From an uncultured Thermoleophilia bacterium (GTDB lineage Bacteria > Actinomycetota > Thermoleophilia > Gaiellales > Gaiellaceae), in NCBI GenBank assembly GCA_963757255.1, contig CAVWQY010000004.1, positions 172,897-236,896 on the forward strand: 64,000 nucleotides of DNA. Direction: 5' to 3'. Positions 60,453 to 64,000 of the stretch are shown here, piece by piece. The notes beneath the pieces are model-generated. The model ran no database searches, had not been told where the DNA came from, and saw nothing but the letters and a program-made list of their open reading frames with translations. How positions within the stretch are numbered: the stretch's first letter is position 1; the number at the start of each line of letters is the position of its first letter. Both the position numbers and the translations under genes were made by a program.

Positions 60453-60826
60453 CGGGCGTCGTCTTGCTCGCCGCCCTCGTCGCGTTCGGGGTGTTCACCG
60501 GCGCGGGGGCGGGGCTGCTGGGCGTCGGCGGCGGGATCATGATGGTGCCGTTCCTCACCCTGGCGGCGGGCCTGCCGCAACATGCTGCCGAGGCCACGTC
60601 GCTGCTCGTCGTCCTCCCCACCGCCATCGTCGCCAGCATCGTCCTGCATCGCCGCGGCATCGGGAACCTGCCGCTCGCCCTGCGCTTCGGCGTGCTCGGG
60701 GCCACCGGCGGCGTCCTCGGCGCACTGCTCGCGCTCGCGCTGCCGGCGCACCTGCTCCGGCTCGTCTTCGCGCTCTTCCTGGGCGCGGTTGCGGTCCGAC
60801 TCGTCCGCGACGCTCTCGTGCAATGA
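60449..60826 (+). CDS. TauE/SafE-family anion exporter, half-size (second half)
   Basis: 125 aa. GAGLLGVGGGIMMVPFLTL. Its stop overlaps the next ATG (ATGA). Confidence 0.7.
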   Translation: MTGVVLLAALVAFGVFTGAGAGLLGVGGGIMMVPFLTLAAGLPQHAAEATSLLVVLPTAIVASIVLHRRGIGNLPLALRFGVLGATGGVLGALLALALPAHLLRLVFALFLGAVAVRLVRDALVQ

Positions 60827-61527
60827 CGAGCGTCGCCGACCCCAGCCTCGTCGACCGCCTGGCGGCGACGATCCACGCGCGCGTGCTCAGCGGGGAGATC
60901 CCGAGCGGCACGCGCCTGCGCCAGGAGACCCTGGCGTCCGAGTTCGGTGTCAGCCGGACACCGGTCCGCGAGGCGCTCCGCAAGCTCGAGTCGAGCGGGC
61001 TCGTGCTCGTCGAGCCGAATCGTGGCGCCGTCGTCCGCGGGCCTACCGCCCGCGATATCCGCGAGGCGTATGCGGTCCGGGCAGAGCTCGAGGGGTTCGC
61101 GGCCGAGAGTGCGGTCTCTCGCATCCTGGACAGCCAGCTCGATTCGCTCCGCCTGGCGGAGCAGCTCTTTCGCCACTCAGTCGAAGGAGTGATCCACGAC
61201 CGCCGGCGCGGGGTCGACAGCGACTGGTCGACCGAGAGCGACTGGGAGCGGGCGAACGACCTCTTTCACCGCGTGATCCAGGAAGCGGCGGGCAACCGCC
61301 AGCTCCTCGCCGCGATCTCGCACCTCCACCAGAGCTTCCCGCGTCACGTCACGTGGGCCGCGCTGAGCCACAGCTCGCACCTGCTCGAGCTGAACATCGA
61401 GCAGCACCGCCGCATCCTCGAGGCGATCGAGTCGCGCGACACGGCCGGAGCGCGCCGCCAGATGGGCGACCATGTTCGCTCGGCGGGCGAGCTCGTGGCC
61501 GAGTTGCTCGACCGCAGCGCGACCTAG
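60823..61527 (+). CDS. GntR-family (FadR/FCD subfamily) transcriptional regulator
   Basis: [40 protein letters not shown] plus a helical FCD domain. Confidence 0.9.
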   Translation: MTSVADPSLVDRLAATIHARVLSGEIPSGTRLRQETLASEFGVSRTPVREALRKLESSGLVLVEPNRGAVVRGPTARDIREAYAVRAELEGFAAESAVSRILDSQLDSLRLAEQLFRHSVEGVIHDRRRGVDSDWSTESDWERANDLFHRVIQEAAGNRQLLAAISHLHQSFPRHVTWAALSHSSHLLELNIEQHRRILEAIESRDTAGARRQMGDHVRSAGELVAELLDRSAT

Positions 61528-61530
61528 AGG

Positions 61531-62244
61531 CTACTTCGCGCGTGCGAAGTCGCCTGCGACGTGCGCGAGGATCGACTGCAGCAGCTCGAACGAGTGCATG
61601 ACGTGCTCGTGCGCGAGCACCCGCGCGCCCCCGACCGAGCCGGCCGCGAGCGCCTGGCGAATGGCGCGATGCTCGGCCTGGTTGCGCTCGTACAACAGGT
61701 CGAGCTCCTCGTCGAGCGGCGCCCACACCGTGGTGCCGGCAAAGCTCCGGCGGGCCCCCTTCGCAACCGCTTCGATGTACGGCACGTCGGCGGTGCGGTA
61801 GAGCACGTCGTGGAACGCGTGGTTCGCGCTCATCCAGTTCGCCATCAGCGAGCGTCGGTCGCCGCCCGGCTCGCGCGAGCGCACCTCCTTGGTCAGCCGC
61901 GCAAATCGCTTCTCGCACTCCTCGAGCTCCCTGAGCGCCTCGGTGGTCAGCTTCTGCGCGGCGAGCTCGGTGACGAGCGCCTCGAGCTCCGCGCGCACCA
62001 GGAAGGCCTCCCGCAGCTCTTCGCGTGAGACGTCACGGACGCGCACCCCGCGATTCGGCACGAACGAGACGAGGCCGAGCGCGGCGAGACGGCGCAGAGC
62101 CTCCCGCACCGGCGTCCGCGAGACGCCGAACCGCTCCGACAGCTGCTCCTGGCGCAGCACGGCGCCCGGCTCGATCTCACCGGAGACAATCGCCTCCTCG
62201 ATCAGGACGGCGATGTCGTCGGCCTTCGTGCTCTCGAGGCTCAC
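61531..62244 (-). CDS. GntR-family (FCD subfamily) transcriptional regulator
   Basis: GTG start overlaps the aceB stop (GTGA). [40 protein letters not shown]. Confidence 0.88.
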   Translation of the reverse strand: MSLESTKADDIAVLIEEAIVSGEIEPGAVLRQEQLSERFGVSRTPVREALRRLAALGLVSFVPNRGVRVRDVSREELREAFLVRAELEALVTELAAQKLTTEALRELEECEKRFARLTKEVRSREPGGDRRSLMANWMSANHAFHDVLYRTADVPYIEAVAKGARRSFAGTTVWAPLDEELDLLYERNQAEHRAIRQALAAGSVGGARVLAHEHVMHSFELLQSILAHVAGDFARAK

Positions 62245-63686
62245 GGAAGGTGAGCGTACGCCGTCGTCGTCAGGAAGTCCTTGAACGGCGTCGAGAGCGC
62301 GACGTCGGCGAAGATCTCCTTCGCCTCGTCGGCGGCGTCGACCTGAGCGATCTCTTCGCGCACCCGCGCCTCGTCGAACCGCCCGGCCTGCACCCACGAC
62401 CACACCTGTGCGCGGGAGATCTCCGCAGTGGCTGCGTCCTCCATCAGGTTGTCGATCGCCGCGGCGCCGACCCCCTGCAGCCAGGCATCGAGGTAGCGCA
62501 CGCCGACGCTGACGTTCACGCGCAGCCCTTCGTCCGTCACCTCGCCGCCGGGGATGTCGAAGTTCAGCAGGTCGTCCTCCGTGATCGAGACGTCGTCGCG
62601 CTTCCGGTCGACCTGGTTCGGGCGGTCTCCGAGCACGTCGTCGAACGCGGTGAGAGCGACGGGGACGAGGTCAGGATGCGCGACCCAGGTGCCGTCGAAC
62701 CCGTTGCGCGCCTCCCGTTCCTTGTCCTCTCGCACCTTCGTCAGGGCGATCTCGTTGACGGCCGCGTCGCGCCGCGACGGGATGAACGCCGCCATCCCGC
62801 CGATCGCATGCGCCTCGCGCGCATGGCAGGTCTGCACGAGCAGCTCCGTGTACGAGTGCATGAACGGCACCGTCATCGTCACCTGCGCGCGGTCCGGCAG
62901 CACGGCGCCCATCTTCTTGATGCAGCTGAAGATGTAGTCCCAGCGTCCGGCGTTCAGCGCGCACGAGTGGTCGCGCAGCTCGAAGAGGATCGCGTCCATC
63001 TCGAACGCCGCCAGGATCGTCTCGATCAGCACCGTGCACTTGATCGAGCCGTCCGGCAGCCCGAGCTCCTCCTCCGCCAGTGCGAAGGCCTCGGCCCACA
63101 AGCGTGCCTCGAGATGCGACTCGAGCTTCGGGAGGTAGAAGTACGGCCCGGTCCCGCGCTCGAGCTGCTCGCGCGCGTTGTGGTAGACGACGAGCCCGAA
63201 GTCGAACAGCGAGCCGCTCACGGGAGACCCGTCGACCTCGTGATGCCGTTCGAGCAGATGCCAGCCGCGGGGGCGGATCACGAGCGTCGCGGTCTCGTCG
63301 TTCAGGCGATAGCTCTTCTCGCCGGTTTCGAGCTCGATCGTCCGGCGTACTGCGTCGTGCACGTTGCGCTGCCCTTCGACGACGTTCTCCCAGCTGGGTG
63401 AGTTGGCGTCCTCGAAGTCGGCCATGAAGACTCTCGCGCCCGAGTTCAGCGCGTTGATCATCATCTTGCGGTCGACGGGCCCCGTGATCTCGACGCGGCG
63501 GTCCTGCAGGTCGGCGGGCGCCGGCGCGACGGTGAAGTCGGCCGGCGCGCGCACGAACTGCGGGCGCTTCCCCCTGCGCTCGTCACGTGCAGCGAGCAGC
63601 CGCTCGCGCTCGGGATTCAGCTCGCGGTGCAGCCGATCGACGAACGCGAGCGCCTCGCGCGACAGGACTTCCTCGGCTACGCGAAT
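62241..63686 (-). CDS. aceB: malate synthase A, 5' end unresolved
   Basis: [74 protein letters not shown]. No ATG, GTG or TTG was found between the aceA stop and the conserved [12 protein letters not shown]. Confidence 0.9.
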   Translation of the reverse strand: MRVAEEVLSREALAFVDRLHRELNPERERLLAARDERRGKRPQFVRAPADFTVAPAPADLQDRRVEITGPVDRKMMINALNSGARVFMADFEDANSPSWENVVEGQRNVHDAVRRTIELETGEKSYRLNDETATLVIRPRGWHLLERHHEVDGSPVSGSLFDFGLVVYHNAREQLERGTGPYFYLPKLESHLEARLWAEAFALAEEELGLPDGSIKCTVLIETILAAFEMDAILFELRDHSCALNAGRWDYIFSCIKKMGAVLPDRAQVTMTVPFMHSYTELLVQTCHAREAHAIGGMAAFIPSRRDAAVNEIALTKVREDKEREARNGFDGTWVAHPDLVPVALTAFDDVLGDRPNQVDRKRDDVSITEDDLLNFDIPGGEVTDEGLRVNVSVGVRYLDAWLQGVGAAAIDNLMEDAATAEISRAQVWSWVQAGRFDEARVREEIAQVDAADEAKEIFADVALSTPFKDFLTTTAYAHLP

Positions 63687-64000
63687 TGCGCTTCCTCCGT
63701 GGAGCCCTGGAGCGCGAGCGTGGATGAGTCCTTGGACACTGCCTGCATCACCTGGTCGAAGTATCCCGCACCGACCTCGCGCTGGTGCTTGGTGGCGGTG
63801 TACCCGTCGTCCTCCAGGGCGAACTCCCGCTCCTGCAGCTCGACGTAGGCGCTCATGCCGTGGTCGCGGTAGCCGAGGGCGAGCTCGAACATCCCGGCGT
63901 TCAGCGAGTGGAAGCCGGCAAGCGTGATGAACTGGAACGCGTAGCCCCACTCGCCGAGCTGCGCCTGGAAGCCGGCGATCTCCTCGTCCGACAGGGCCTT
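63677..64000 (-). CDS. aceA: isocitrate lyase, C-terminal fragment (gene continues beyond the window)
   Basis: ..[48 protein letters not shown]-stop. Confidence 0.92.
   Translation of the reverse strand, partial: KALSDEEIAGFQAQLGEWGYAFQFITLAGFHSLNAGMFELALGYRDHGMSAYVELQEREFALEDDGYTATKHQREVGAGYFDQVMQAVSKDSSTLALQGSTEEAQFA

Overview
High-GC (about 70 percent) Actinomycetota-type chromosomal segment, almost entirely coding and mostly on the minus strand. Many neighbouring genes overlap by 4 nt (ATGA or GTGA), which suggests translational coupling. The backbone is conserved housekeeping synteny: panB, uvrA, uvrB, sucA, then rsfS-nadD-obg-rpmA-rplU-rne, rodA-mrdA-mreDC, mreB, maf, ndk, folC, valS, a Dpp/Gsi-type peptide ABC operon plus ggt, and aceB-aceA at the right edge. 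I found no transposase, integrase, CRISPR array, rRNA or recognisable defence island, so I cannot point to a clear novel multi-gene system. Four observations stand out. (1) A roughly 3.9 kb tract (52865-56718: ggt, both ABC ATPases and the 3' end of the permease) carries about 25-30 frame-breaking indels, nearly all single-base insertions. The repaired ORFs are full length and stop-free. Isolated lesions of the same type hit panB, uvrA, an EamA transporter, a methyltransferase and the dpp binding protein. This is either a localised sequence-quality problem or a very unusual mutational tract. (2) A low-GC3 PD-(D/E)XK endonuclease gene lies between rsfS and tRNA-Ala(GGC), and its ORF reads through the whole tRNA gene. 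(3) The mreB-mreCD operon is split by a 4.4 kb co-oriented accessory cassette: two GNAT genes, MFS-TetR and ArsR-SRPBCC. (4) A Tet(M)/OtrA-like ribosomal-protection GTPase has a leader uORF, itself preceded by a Shine-Dalgarno (SD) ribosome-binding motif, that covers the main gene's SD and start codon. There are also several twin-palindrome candidate operators or hairpins. All functional calls come from motif-level recognition of the supplied translations. No database search was run.
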